A DNA stretch of 64,000 nt from a virus, in IMG/VR virus record IMGVR_UViG_3300034093_003283, one strand, 5' to 3'. The stretch's first letter is position 1. The number at the start of each line of letters is the position of its first letter. Below, piece after piece: positions 41,937 to 51,998 of the stretch. Position numbers and translations under genes: made by a program. Below the pieces are notes generated by a model. That model worked only from the letters and a program-made list of their open reading frames with translations. It did not search any database and had not been told where the DNA came from.

Positions 41937-43398
41937 ACGGAATGAAGTATACGCCAAAGTGACCTGTGAGAAGCACGTTGCAAAGGAATTATCTGAGTAC
42001 TTCACGTTCTTTGTGCCTGGTTACCAGTTCGTTCCAGCCTATCGGAATCGCATATGGGACGGTAAGATCCGTCTATTCAATCTACAGAGCAGTCAATTAT
42101 ATCTTGGTTTGATTCCATATCTTAAAGAGTTTTGTGAAGAACGTGAGTATGCATATTCACATGACATTATTGAAGATGAATATTCAGTCTATCATGCACA
42201 AAAATTCTTTGACATATTGAATCTACATTCACAAGGTAAACAAATTGGTGTAAGAGAACACCAACAAAATGCATTTATTGAGGCCATGCAAAAACGGAGA
42301 GTCTTACTGTTATCTCCCACTGCATCAGGCAAATCACTTATCATATATTTGTTGTTCAGACAGTTGTTGCAGTATCAACAGTTAAAAGGTTTAATCATTG
42401 TTCCAACAACAACATTGGTTGAACAGTTGTATTCAGACTTTGCAGACTATTCATCCGTTAACGGATTCAATGTGGAAGAAAATGTACACAGAATCTATCA
42501 AGGTAAAGATAAACTAACGGACAAGAATTTAACAATCTCCACATGGCAGTCACTCTACAAGTTACCACCAGAATACTTCCATCAATTCCAATATGTCATT
42601 GGTGATGAGGCACACCTATTCAAGGCACAATCATTAACATCAATACTAACATCTTGTGTTAATTCAAAGTATAGAATTGGATTGACTGGTACATTAGATG
42701 GCACAAAAACACACAAATTGGTATTAGAAGGTTTGTTTGGACCAACGAAAAAGGTCATATCAACTAAAGAGTTGATTGACAAGAATCAATTATCAGCATT
42801 CAACATAAAGTGTCTGATACTGAAACATTCGGATGAAGTATGCAAAGAAATGAAAGATGCAACATATCCAGATGAGTTGAAGTATTTGATTGAGTCTGAA
42901 AATAGAAATCGTTTCATTCGTAATTTGGCAATCAGTCTGGAGAAAAATACATTGGTTCTTTTTCAGATGAAGAAACATGGTCGTGCATTATACGAAATGA
43001 TTAAACAGAAGGCAAATGGTCGTAGTGTTTATTTTATTGATGGTGATGTAGACACTGTTGTCAGAGAAGAAGTTAGAAAGATTATGGAAATAGAAAACGA
43101 TGCAATCACTGTGGCCAGTTTTGGTACCTTTTCTACTGGTACAAACATTAGAAATTTACATAACATCATATTTGCAAGCCCAAGTAAATCAAGAATTAGA
43201 AACCTACAATCTATAGGTCGTGGTTTAAGGCAAAATGAAGGTAAGGAAATGGCCACATTATATGATGTTGCTGATGATCTTAGAATTAAAAAACACACAA
43301 ACTTCACATTACAACACTTCATCGAAAGAGTGAAGATATATAATGAGGAGAAGTTTCCTTTTAAAATTTACAATATAGGACTTAAAAATGGCCATTAA
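41902..43398 (+). CDS. uvsW: RNA-DNA/DNA helicase UvsW
   Basis: 'WDGKIRLF', SPTASGKS, DEAH, TGT, QSIGRGLR; exact start codon uncertain. Confidence 0.95.
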   Translation: MKKLNTDILITKRNEVYAKVTCEKHVAKELSEYFTFFVPGYQFVPAYRNRIWDGKIRLFNLQSSQLYLGLIPYLKEFCEEREYAYSHDIIEDEYSVYHAQKFFDILNLHSQGKQIGVREHQQNAFIEAMQKRRVLLLSPTASGKSLIIYLLFRQLLQYQQLKGLIIVPTTTLVEQLYSDFADYSSVNGFNVEENVHRIYQGKDKLTDKNLTISTWQSLYKLPPEYFHQFQYVIGDEAHLFKAQSLTSILTSCVNSKYRIGLTGTLDGTKTHKLVLEGLFGPTKKVISTKELIDKNQLSAFNIKCLILKHSDEVCKEMKDATYPDELKYLIESENRNRFIRNLAISLEKNTLVLFQMKKHGRALYEMIKQKANGRSVYFIDGDVDTVVREEVRKIMEIENDAITVASFGTFSTGTNIRNLHNIIFASPSKSRIRNLQSIGRGLRQNEGKEMATLYDVADDLRIKKHTNFTLQHFIERVKIYNEEKFPFKIYNIGLKNGH

Positions 43399-43741
43399 AA
43401 TAGTAAGATTTAAAGACGGTCTAGATGTAATCTGTGACTGTGTGTATACCTCAGATGACATGGTGGAAATTACTGATCCAATGTTGTTTGAATTAAGAGG
43501 TACCAATTTAATGTTACAGTGTTGGTTGCCTATGGCAGTAATCAAAGAGAACAAGGTACAGATTGATGTGGAAACCATTTTGTGTTTGATGGATCCAACC
43601 GAAGACTTTGAAGAATATTACCTTAATGCATCAACAAAATTAAACGAATCAACTAAAAAAGAAAGAGAAGTGGTACTTACAGATGAGGTACTCTCCGCTT
43701 TTGAGGAAAAGGAATCTAGTAAGAATTCCTTAATACATTAA
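43388..43741 (+). CDS. Hypothetical protein (between uvsW and gp55)
   Basis: Clean ORF, translationally coupled to uvsW. Confidence 0.55.
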   Translation: MAIKIVRFKDGLDVICDCVYTSDDMVEITDPMLFELRGTNLMLQCWLPMAVIKENKVQIDVETILCLMDPTEDFEEYYLNASTKLNESTKKEREVVLTDEVLSAFEEKESSKNSLIH

Positions 43742-43842
43742 TAAGCTAATAAAAAAATTAATATATTAATATCATCCGGGGTACACCGTGGACTTTAACA
43801 CATGTCAAGCCCTTTGTCAACAACTTTTTATGGTACATTTGA

Positions 43843-44388
43843 ATGAGTAAACAGAAACATTATATAAACAATCAAGACTTCCTAAAGGCACTTGTCGATT
43901 ACAAAGCCCGTTGCGTAGAAGCCGAACAATGTGGTAAACCTAAACCAATCATTCCAAATTACATTGGTGAGTGTTGGATGAAAATTGCCGAAGGCCTATC
44001 ACACAAACCAAACTTCATTAACTACACATACCGAGATGAAATGGTTTCCGATGGTATTGAAAATTGTTTGATGTACTTTGAAAACTTTGATCCAACAAAG
44101 TCTTCCAATCCATTTGCATACTTTACTCAAATCATTTACTTTGCCTTCCTAAGACGCATACAGAAGGAAAAGAAACAGCTGTATGTCAAGTATAAAGCCA
44201 CAGAGATGTATGGTATTTTGGATGAGTTTGAAATGTTAGAAGGTGAAGATGGTTCAAGTAGACAATTTGAACTGTATGACAACATAGCTGAATTTATTGG
44301 TAACTATGAGGACTCTAAGAAGGCAAAGAAAGCCGAAAAAGATGCGGCAAAGAAACCAAAAGGGCTTGAAAAATTTATTGAGGAGTGA
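43843..44388 (+). CDS. gp55: Late-transcription sigma factor gp55
   Basis: 'HY.NN..FL.AL', 'NF.NY.YRDEM.SDGIENC', 'NPFAYFTQI.YFAFLRRI.KEK'. Confidence 0.95.
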   Translation: MSKQKHYINNQDFLKALVDYKARCVEAEQCGKPKPIIPNYIGECWMKIAEGLSHKPNFINYTYRDEMVSDGIENCLMYFENFDPTKSSNPFAYFTQIIYFAFLRRIQKEKKQLYVKYKATEMYGILDEFEMLEGEDGSSRQFELYDNIAEFIGNYEDSKKAKKAEKDAAKKPKGLEKFIEE

Positions 44389-44392
44389 TATA

Positions 44393-44854
44393 ATGAAAAC
44401 TTATGGTGAACTTTTACCTGGTTTAAAAGTGATTGTGCATAAAAAACACACTGATGACCGTGGTGATTTCTGTGAACTTTGGAAAATAAATGATGATGGT
44501 ATGAGAGGTAACTTTCGGCAAGTCAATATAGCAACATCAGTTTTTAATGTGTTGCGTGGTATGCATAGGCAAAATCAAACTAAACTTGTTATGCCTTTGA
44601 GTGGCAGAATATTTGATGTTGCATTGGAACCAGAAACTGGTAAATGGTTTGGTATTGAGTTGGATGAAAGTAATGCACTATTCATACCAGCACAATACGC
44701 CCACGGTTATTTGGTTTTATCTGAGAACTCAATAGTACAATATTTCGTTGACGCACCATATAACAAACCAGAAGAAGAAAATTTCAAATGGAATGATTAT
44801 AACATAGAGTGGCCAATCACAGTGCCACCAATATTATCTGCAAAGGATTTATAA
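44393..44854 (+). CDS. rmlC: dTDP-4-dehydrorhamnose 3,5-epimerase-like cupin
   Basis: 'D.RG.F.E', 'NVLRGMH.Q.Q.KL', 'IP..YAHG..VLS', 'I.WP...LS.KD'; ATG at 44393. Confidence 0.85.
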   Translation: MKTYGELLPGLKVIVHKKHTDDRGDFCELWKINDDGMRGNFRQVNIATSVFNVLRGMHRQNQTKLVMPLSGRIFDVALEPETGKWFGIELDESNALFIPAQYAHGYLVLSENSIVQYFVDAPYNKPEEENFKWNDYNIEWPITVPPILSAKDL

Positions 44855-45318
44855 TGAAAAAAATTGGATTTAATTGTAGTACTTTGGATTTGTTTCATGC
44901 TGGCCATGTCACGATGTTGAAAATTGAAAAACAATATTGTGACTATTTGATTGTGGCAGTACAATCCGACCCAACTATTGATAGACCAGATACCAAAAAC
45001 AAACCAGTACAGTCTTTGTATGAAAGGTTTGTTCAAGTGTCATCCTGTAAATATGTTGATGAGGTGTTGGTATATGAAACCGAAGAAGATTTGGAAAATA
45101 TTTTTAAGACACAAATAATTCATATACGTTTCTTGGGTGATGAGTATAAATCAAAACCATTTACAGGAAAACAATATTGTCTTGATACTGGTATAGAATT
45201 GTTTTTCCATGATAGACAACATCCATATAGTAGTTCTAAATTGAGACAAAGAGTATATGATGCTGAGGTTGAACGAATGAAAAAATTAAATGTGGAATAT
45301 AATGAATGTCAAAAGTAG
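44854..45318 (+). CDS. Cytidylyltransferase (TagD-like, HxGH family)
   Basis: 'DLFHAGH', 'DYLIVAV', 'KYVDEV', 'R.H.YSSS.LR'. Confidence 0.85.
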   Translation: MKKIGFNCSTLDLFHAGHVTMLKIEKQYCDYLIVAVQSDPTIDRPDTKNKPVQSLYERFVQVSSCKYVDEVLVYETEEDLENIFKTQIIHIRFLGDEYKSKPFTGKQYCLDTGIELFFHDRQHPYSSSKLRQRVYDAEVERMKKLNVEYNECQK

Positions 45319-46376
45319 CAATAATAACTGACCAACACTTTGGTGCAAGAAATGATTCCACACTTTTCTTAGATTTCTATGAGAAGTTTTATAAAGAAAC
45401 ATTCTTTCCGACACTGATAAAGGAAAAGATCGAAACACTATTGATTCTTGGTGATACCTTTGATCGTAGAAAGTACATCAATTTCTTTTCGTTGAAACGC
45501 ACCAAAGAAATGTTCTTTGATCCACTATCTGAAATGGGTATACAGGTGCATATGTTGGCCGGTAACCACGATACTTACTTTAAGAATACCAATGATGTTA
45601 ATTCATCCGACTTACTTCTTGGTGAGTATGGTATCACATTAAATGTTATTGACCATCCAGCCGAAATATATGTTGGACCACATAAGATTTGTATGATGCC
45701 TTGGATTTGTGCAGAAAATTATGAAGATTCTTTACAGACATTAAAGGGCACCGATGCAAAGTTTTGTATGGGCCATTTTGAAATTGCGGGCTTTGCCATG
45801 TATCGTGGCATGCCATCTGAAGGAGGGTTAGATCGTGGAATTTTTAGGAAGTTTAGTCACACTTTTAGTGGTCATTACCATCACAAATCTTCTAGTGATG
45901 ATATCTACTATTTGGGAAATCCGTACGAACTTACTTGGCAAGATTATAATGACCCTCGGGGTTTTCATTTGTTTGATTTGGATACTCACCAACTTGAATT
46001 CATAGAGAATCCAAACAAGATGTTTCATCGTATTATGTACGATGACAAAGTGAATACCATTAAAGAACTTGATGGTATGGATTTCAAACCATATACAAAC
46101 ACCTATGTGAAAGTGGTTGTAATAAACAAAACCAATCCGTATTTGTTTGACAAGTTCATGAATAACCTGTATAATGTGAACCCAGCAGACATTACAATTG
46201 CTGAAGATTTTACAGACTTGGAAGATGGTGATGAAGTGGTTGATGAAGCGGAAGACACACTCACCATATTAAACAAGTATGTTGATGGCATTACAGAAGA
46301 AAGTATTGACAACGACCGGTTAAAAACATTATTGAAAGAACTCTACGTAGAGGCACTGAATACTGAACAAGCATGA
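45306..46376 (+). CDS. gp47: Recombination endonuclease subunit gp47 (Mre11/SbcD-like)
   Basis: D.HFG, GD.FD, GNHD and SGHYH metallophosphoesterase motifs. Confidence 0.95.
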   Translation: MSKVAIITDQHFGARNDSTLFLDFYEKFYKETFFPTLIKEKIETLLILGDTFDRRKYINFFSLKRTKEMFFDPLSEMGIQVHMLAGNHDTYFKNTNDVNSSDLLLGEYGITLNVIDHPAEIYVGPHKICMMPWICAENYEDSLQTLKGTDAKFCMGHFEIAGFAMYRGMPSEGGLDRGIFRKFSHTFSGHYHHKSSSDDIYYLGNPYELTWQDYNDPRGFHLFDLDTHQLEFIENPNKMFHRIMYDDKVNTIKELDGMDFKPYTNTYVKVVVINKTNPYLFDKFMNNLYNVNPADITIAEDFTDLEDGDEVVDEAEDTLTILNKYVDGITEESIDNDRLKTLLKELYVEALNTEQA

Positions 46377-48091
46377 TTTTATTTCAAAAGATTAAGTGGA
46401 AGAATTTACTTTCTACTGGAGCTCATTTTACTGAGATTGATTTTACCAAGTCTAATAATACATTGATTATTGGCCACAATGGTGCAGGTAAATCCACAAT
46501 TTTGGATGCACTGTGTTTTGGATTGTTTGGTAAACCTTTTCGTAAAATCAACAAACCACAATTACTAAATTCCGTTAATAATAAAGAAGCTGTTATTGAA
46601 GTACATTTCAATATTGGCCAAAAGAAATACAAGGTCATTCGTGGTATTAAACCAAACGTATTTGAAATTTATCTGAATGATGTATTGCTGAACCAAGATG
46701 CAGCTGCAAAAGACTATCAAGAGATACTAGAGAATAATATTCTCAAATTAAATTACAAGTCTTTTACGCAGGTTGTCATTCTTGGTTCAGCATCCTTTGT
46801 TCCATTCATGCAATTATCAGCATCAGACCGCAGAGCAATCATTGAAGACCTATTAGATATTCAAATCTTTTCTTCAATGAACAATGTTATCAAAGAGAAG
46901 AATTCGGCCATCAAAGATGATTTAAGTAAATCTAAGTATGCCATTTCTCTTACGGAAGAAAAGATAACATTACAAAAACAAAACATTGAAGAACACAAAA
47001 AGAACCATGATGCAGATATCAACCGCAAACGGGAAGAAATTGGAAAATCAAAGATGCAAATGGGCAAATTGCAAAATGATATTCAATTGATTAACAAACA
47101 TATTGCAGTACTACAGAATAAGGTTGGTGATAAGAAAGAGAAACTGGATAAAAAATCCAAAGGCTTATTTCAAATTAAAGGTAAAGTACAAACTAATATT
47201 GACCGAAATCAAAAAGAGATTGACTTTTATGAAACCAACCACGATTGTCCAACATGTAAACAATCCATTACACCTGAGTGGAAAGATTCTCAGGTACAAG
47301 AAAAATCACAAAAAATTACCACACAAAAAACTGGCTTGGTTGAGATTGAGCAGGAGTTAAACAAAGTAACTACTGAAATGAAATCTATTACGGATATCAT
47401 TACACACATTAGTGAACACAGTGGTGAAATTATTAAACACACTTCTACTATATCGGCAATAAGCAATTACATCACTAAATTAAACAATGAGATAGATGAG
47501 TTGACCAACAAACAGACTGGCACGGAAGGCGGTGACCAGAAGTTAATTGAGTTGAATGCCGCATTGAATGAGTATAAGACAAACTATGAAAGTGTTTTGA
47601 TAGAAAAACATTATCATGAATTTGCAGGTAGTTTATTGAAAGATGGTGGCATTAAGACACGGATCATTAAACAATACTTACCAATCATGAATAAGTTGAT
47701 TAACAAGTACTTGTCTGCAATGGACTTCTTTGTTAACTTCAACATCAATGAAAACTTTGAAGAAACAATTAAGAGTAGGCACCGTGATGAATTCTCTTAT
47801 GCCAATTTCTCCGAAGGTGAGAAAATGCGTATTGACTTGGCCCTATTGTTTACTTGGCGACAGATTGCCAAACTAAAAAATAGTACCAATACTAATTTGT
47901 TGATACTTGATGAGGTATTTGATTCTAGCCTTGATACAGTAGGCACAGAAGAATTTCTAAAGTTGATACATGAAATGGGAACAGACACCAACGTGTTTGT
48001 TATCTCTCACAAAGGTGACCAGTTATTTGACAAGTTCCGTTCGGTTATTAAGTTTGAGAAAAAAGGAAACTTTTCAAGGATTGCAAAATGA
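46373..48091 (+). CDS. gp46: Recombination ATPase gp46 (Rad50/SbcC-like)
   Basis: GHNGAGKST, CPTC zinc hook, FSEGEK signature, LDEVFD. Confidence 0.96.
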   Translation: MILFQKIKWKNLLSTGAHFTEIDFTKSNNTLIIGHNGAGKSTILDALCFGLFGKPFRKINKPQLLNSVNNKEAVIEVHFNIGQKKYKVIRGIKPNVFEIYLNDVLLNQDAAAKDYQEILENNILKLNYKSFTQVVILGSASFVPFMQLSASDRRAIIEDLLDIQIFSSMNNVIKEKNSAIKDDLSKSKYAISLTEEKITLQKQNIEEHKKNHDADINRKREEIGKSKMQMGKLQNDIQLINKHIAVLQNKVGDKKEKLDKKSKGLFQIKGKVQTNIDRNQKEIDFYETNHDCPTCKQSITPEWKDSQVQEKSQKITTQKTGLVEIEQELNKVTTEMKSITDIITHISEHSGEIIKHTSTISAISNYITKLNNEIDELTNKQTGTEGGDQKLIELNAALNEYKTNYESVLIEKHYHEFAGSLLKDGGIKTRIIKQYLPIMNKLINKYLSAMDFFVNFNINENFEETIKSRHRDEFSYANFSEGEKMRIDLALLFTWRQIAKLKNSTNTNLLILDEVFDSSLDTVGTEEFLKLIHEMGTDTNVFVISHKGDQLFDKFRSVIKFEKKGNFSRIAK

Positions 48092-48864
48092 ATTTCAATG
48101 AATATCTGTCCCATCAAAGAAATGTGGTGGACAAAGAGGTACAAGGCTGGTTTTATCCAATTGATATTGTTCTTATGTATGGCATATTACAAGGTATGCA
48201 ATTCAATTTGGATGGTGATATTTGTGAGATTGGTGTTGCAAATGGCCGAAGTGCCATTAATATTTGTAATTTTAAAAACACCAAAGATAATTTCTATCTA
48301 TATGATATCTTTTCCGAAGAACAAAGAGTTATAGCAGATAACAATATTAAAAAGTTTAGTAAAGGTGAAAACCTAATTTGGAAATTAAATGACACAATGG
48401 AATTATTCCCAGATGATTTGATATTCAAAGATCAATTAAAGTTTTTACATATTGATGGATGCCATGAACATCCTGTGGTACTAAATGATTTAATTTTATT
48501 TGCAGACAAAATGAAAGATTACGGAGTTATTGCTGTAGATGATTTCAATGACTGGGAGTATCCTGGTGTGAACAGTGCTGTGTGTGAATTTATAATGTCG
48601 AAATACAATTATAAAAATTGGAGAATATTTACTATTGGTAATAATAAAGCCTTTCTATGTCAAAGGAAATTTCACCAACAGTATCAAGAAAAATTGTTAT
48701 CTTTCATAAAGAAAGCAATGGCAGAGATGAACATGTTGTCGTTCAGTGGTTTAACTATTAGGCCAGTATACGATGAAAATGTTTTGTTGTGTGATTCCCG
48801 ATCCAAAGTGGTTGATGTGGATGAACTGTACAAAAAATTGTTTGATAAACCAACCATAGGATAA
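48088..48864 (+). CDS. Class I SAM-dependent methyltransferase
   Basis: 'EIGV..GRS', 'HIDG.H', 'G.I.VDD'. Confidence 0.75.
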   Translation: MNFNEYLSHQRNVVDKEVQGWFYPIDIVLMYGILQGMQFNLDGDICEIGVANGRSAINICNFKNTKDNFYLYDIFSEEQRVIADNNIKKFSKGENLIWKLNDTMELFPDDLIFKDQLKFLHIDGCHEHPVVLNDLILFADKMKDYGVIAVDDFNDWEYPGVNSAVCEFIMSKYNYKNWRIFTIGNNKAFLCQRKFHQQYQEKLLSFIKKAMAEMNMLSFSGLTIRPVYDENVLLCDSRSKVVDVDELYKKLFDKPTIG

Positions 48865-48867
48865 ATT

Positions 48868-49473
48868 ATGAACACAGAAGATATTATTTTATATGACACA
48901 GAAGAAACGATTAAGGTTGCACCAGCAACTGAAAAGGTTGAAACATTTGATTTAGTGGCACCAGACCATCCAGCTCTATACAAAGTTTTACCTGAATTTA
49001 ATTTTGAAAATGTACCAATCAATCCAAATAGTTTTGCATCCACTTTGGTTGAAACTTGTAAGAAGTATAATGGTATTGGTCTTTCTGCTAATCAGTGTGG
49101 TTTTGAATACCGTGTATTTGTTATGGGTTCAGGTGAAGAATATGTGGCATATTTCAATCCAAGAATTATTTCATCAAAAGGTGAAACACACATGGAAGAA
49201 GGTTGCCTTTCTTTTCCCTTTCTAAATTTGAGAATCACCAGGCCTGCCGAAGTGGAAGTAGAATATCAAGACTTTACCGGTATTACTCGTACCAAAACAT
49301 TTACTGGTATAACTGCTCGTTGTTTTCTCCATGAGCTTGACCACATGAACGGAATAGTGTATACTAGTAGAGTGAAACCACTGGCGTTACAATTTGGTTT
49401 GAAGAAACTGGATAAGATTAGACGCAAGTATTTTAATCCTAAAAATATGAAACAACTGCAAGCAAGAACTTAA
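48868..49473 (+). CDS. def: Peptide deformylase
   Basis: All three PDF motifs: GIGLSANQ, EGCLS, HELDH. Confidence 0.93.
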   Translation: MNTEDIILYDTEETIKVAPATEKVETFDLVAPDHPALYKVLPEFNFENVPINPNSFASTLVETCKKYNGIGLSANQCGFEYRVFVMGSGEEYVAYFNPRIISSKGETHMEEGCLSFPFLNLRITRPAEVEVEYQDFTGITRTKTFTGITARCFLHELDHMNGIVYTSRVKPLALQFGLKKLDKIRRKYFNPKNMKQLQART

Positions 49474-50738
49474 TGGCAACACCTATAGATTATGTTGATG
49501 CTCAATGGGATGTGTGGTCGAGAACCAATGATGCATCCAGATTTGAACATATTGACACAGAGTTATTAAAAGAAACTCTCATTCAAAATTTGACATATGC
49601 ATCCAAAATGGATGTGCGTGAGTATACCTTATATCAGAAATGGTGTGAGGTACAGGAGAAGTATCCAACACGTACAATTACCACACTGTTTGGTGATGAT
49701 AAACAGTTGATTGATATAACACAAAAGAATTTGGTTGAGAAGGTTAAAAAGAATTTCTGGATGCCAGAAAGTCCAGATGATTATGAAAAGTTAAGACCTA
49801 TTCTACAAATATCAAATGGTACTGGTGCAGAAACCTGGAACACTATTCGTACATTCTCATCTACAATGAAAAACAATAGTAACATTGGCCGCAATCTGTT
49901 TTACACAGTAATTGATGGTCAATCAGGAAAATACCTTGGTGTTATTTGTATATCGTCCGACTTCTTGGATTTAACTCCAAGAGATTCTGCAATTGGTTGG
50001 CCAAGAGATGTTAAGACGCAACAAGGAATGATTAATCACACGGCCATAGGTTCAACAATTGTACCACTACAGCCGTTAGGATTTAATTATATGGGTGGCA
50101 AATTGTTGGCATTATTATGTCTATCTGATACAGTACAAAATGATTGGAAGGTTCGTTATGGAGATACACTGGTTGGCGTCACTACAACCTCTTTATATGG
50201 TAATACCAAGTCTAATGGTCTATCTCAATATGATGGCCTGGAACATTGGAACAAAATGGGATTCTCTAGTGGCTCGGTTGCTTTCGAACCCACTAGGAAG
50301 ACTATGAAGATGATCTTTGATTGGATCAAAGAAAATCACACTCGTAAATATTTCGAATGGTGGGAAGCCAAGAATCAAAATGGTTTGCCACTTAAACGTG
50401 ACCATAAGAATCGGTCACTAAACTTTGCATATTCTAAATTAGGAATACCAAAAGAATTGATTCGCACTGAGCATCAGAGAGGTATCTATTTTTCACCTCT
50501 CTACAATAACACCAATGAATTTCTCAGGAAAGAAATTGGTGATAAAGAACTGGTCAAATCATTTGATACCAGTACTGAAACTTTGGCAAACATTTGGAAA
50601 ACCAAATATGCCAAAGGACGTATATCAATGTTGAAGAAAAAGAACAATGTATCTTATGAATCATTGTTCTATGATGACTTGATATACCTGTCTTGGGAAG
50701 AAACCAAGGCAAAATATCTACCACAAGTTGGTAGATAA
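49473..50738 (+). CDS. DUF4338 / Druantia DruA-like protein
   Basis: 'GRNL...V.D...GKYLG......D.....RD..IGW', 'GGKLLA', 'TTTSLYG', which I recognise as DUF4338-type motifs. Confidence 0.65.
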   Translation: MATPIDYVDAQWDVWSRTNDASRFEHIDTELLKETLIQNLTYASKMDVREYTLYQKWCEVQEKYPTRTITTLFGDDKQLIDITQKNLVEKVKKNFWMPESPDDYEKLRPILQISNGTGAETWNTIRTFSSTMKNNSNIGRNLFYTVIDGQSGKYLGVICISSDFLDLTPRDSAIGWPRDVKTQQGMINHTAIGSTIVPLQPLGFNYMGGKLLALLCLSDTVQNDWKVRYGDTLVGVTTTSLYGNTKSNGLSQYDGLEHWNKMGFSSGSVAFEPTRKTMKMIFDWIKENHTRKYFEWWEAKNQNGLPLKRDHKNRSLNFAYSKLGIPKELIRTEHQRGIYFSPLYNNTNEFLRKEIGDKELVKSFDTSTETLANIWKTKYAKGRISMLKKKNNVSYESLFYDDLIYLSWEETKAKYLPQVGR

Positions 50739-50759
50739 ACAAGTATACCGCAAATATAC

Positions 50760-50788
50760 TTGACACACACACTAAGTAATAGTATAAT
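50760..50788 (+). promoter_or_regulatory. Sigma70-type promoter
   Basis: TTGACA-17 nt-TATAAT. Confidence 0.8.
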
Positions 50789-50844
50789 GTGAATTCTTGC
50801 ACAACGCAAGTACTTTGTTTAACTTTGTCATTAGGAGATTTATC

Positions 50845-51114
50845 TTGACTAAACTATCCGCAAAAACCCGCATCCTTAATTTCTTGAACAAGAAAGAGGG
50901 ATACAACACACTTTCGACCGCACAGGCTCGTGCTCGTTTCGGCATCCAAAACGTTGCCGCACGTATTGACGAACTCCGTCAAGAAGGTCATGTAATTTAC
51001 ACCAACACCAAATCCCGTGGTGATGGTAGCAAAGTTGCCGTGTATCGTATGGGCACACCAACCAAATCTATGGTTCGTGCTGCTATCAAAGCTGGTTACA
51101 GCTTCACTGCCTAA
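50845..51114 (+). CDS. Small winged helix-turn-helix DNA-binding protein
   Basis: TTG start after SD AGGAGA; 'A..RFGI.N..ARI.ELR..G..I' HTH pattern; has its own promoter and terminator. Confidence 0.7.
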   Translation: MTKLSAKTRILNFLNKKEGYNTLSTAQARARFGIQNVAARIDELRQEGHVIYTNTKSRGDGSKVAVYRMGTPTKSMVRAAIKAGYSFTA

Positions 51115-51127
51115 TTAGGTGAATTGT

Positions 51128-51164
51128 GGGGAGACCACTTCTAGTGGTACTCCCCTTTTTTTTT
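51128..51164 (+). terminator. Intrinsic terminator
   Basis: GGGGAG-ACCACT / AGTGGT-(A)-CTCCCC stem plus a T9 run. Confidence 0.85.
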
Positions 51165-51179
51165 ATTTTTGGAGAGTAA

Positions 51180-51998
51180 ATGGAAATTTCAATTAAAAAA
51201 GAGGAACTTCAAAAGAAAAGTATTTTTGTTGCGACACCAATGTATGGCGGCATGAATCATGGACTGTATGCGAAAGCTTGTCTTGATTTACAAGCCGTTT
51301 GTATGCAATATGGTGTGAGTGTGAAATTTTCATATCTTTTCAATGAGTCCCTAATCACTAGAGCAAGAAATTATCTCGTAGATGAATTTCTAAATCGTTC
51401 AGATTGTACACACATGTTGTTCATTGACGCTGACATTCATTTTGATCCTAAAGATGTTATTGCACTTCTGGCTTTGGATAAAGATGTTATTGGTGGACCT
51501 TATCCTAAGAAAGCCATTAAATGGTCTTCTGTTAAGAAAGCTATGACTAAAAATCCAGATATGGATGCTGGAAACTTGGACAAAGTTACAGGTGATTATG
51601 TATTTAATCCTGTACGTGGTACTGATAAGTTCTCTGTTTCTGAACCACTTGAGGTTATGGAAATTGGAACTGGTTTTATGATGGTTAAACGTGAAGTGTT
51701 TCCTAAATTTGCGGAATCATTCCCACAGTTGCGTTACAAACCAGATCATGTTGGCCAAGCTCACTTTGATGGTTCACGATACATTCATGCTTACTTTGAT
51801 ACAATGATCGACACCGTAGATTCTGCAACAGGTGGTGGTTCTGACCGTTACCTATCAGAAGATTATATGTTCTGTCAGCTATGGCGCAAGACAGGCGGTT
51901 CGATTTGGTTGTGCCCTTGGATGCGTTTGGATCACATTGGAACATATCACTTCAAGGGAGATATGCCTGCCGTAGCAAACTTTGTTGGAGAAATGTGA
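51180..51998 (+). CDS. GT-A-type glycosyltransferase-like protein
   Basis: 'ESLITRARN', 'FIDAD' (DxD), 'GTGFM', 'YLSEDY.FC', 'H.G'. Confidence 0.75.
   Translation: MEISIKKEELQKKSIFVATPMYGGMNHGLYAKACLDLQAVCMQYGVSVKFSYLFNESLITRARNYLVDEFLNRSDCTHMLFIDADIHFDPKDVIALLALDKDVIGGPYPKKAIKWSSVKKAMTKNPDMDAGNLDKVTGDYVFNPVRGTDKFSVSEPLEVMEIGTGFMMVKREVFPKFAESFPQLRYKPDHVGQAHFDGSRYIHAYFDTMIDTVDSATGGGSDRYLSEDYMFCQLWRKTGGSIWLCPWMRLDHIGTYHFKGDMPAVANFVGEM

Noticed and set aside
30727-48091. Introns, inteins or homing endonucleases in core genes
   Set aside because: gp17, gp20, gp23, uvsW and gp46 are uninterrupted and of normal length; no LAGLIDADG, GIY-YIG or HNH motifs were seen.
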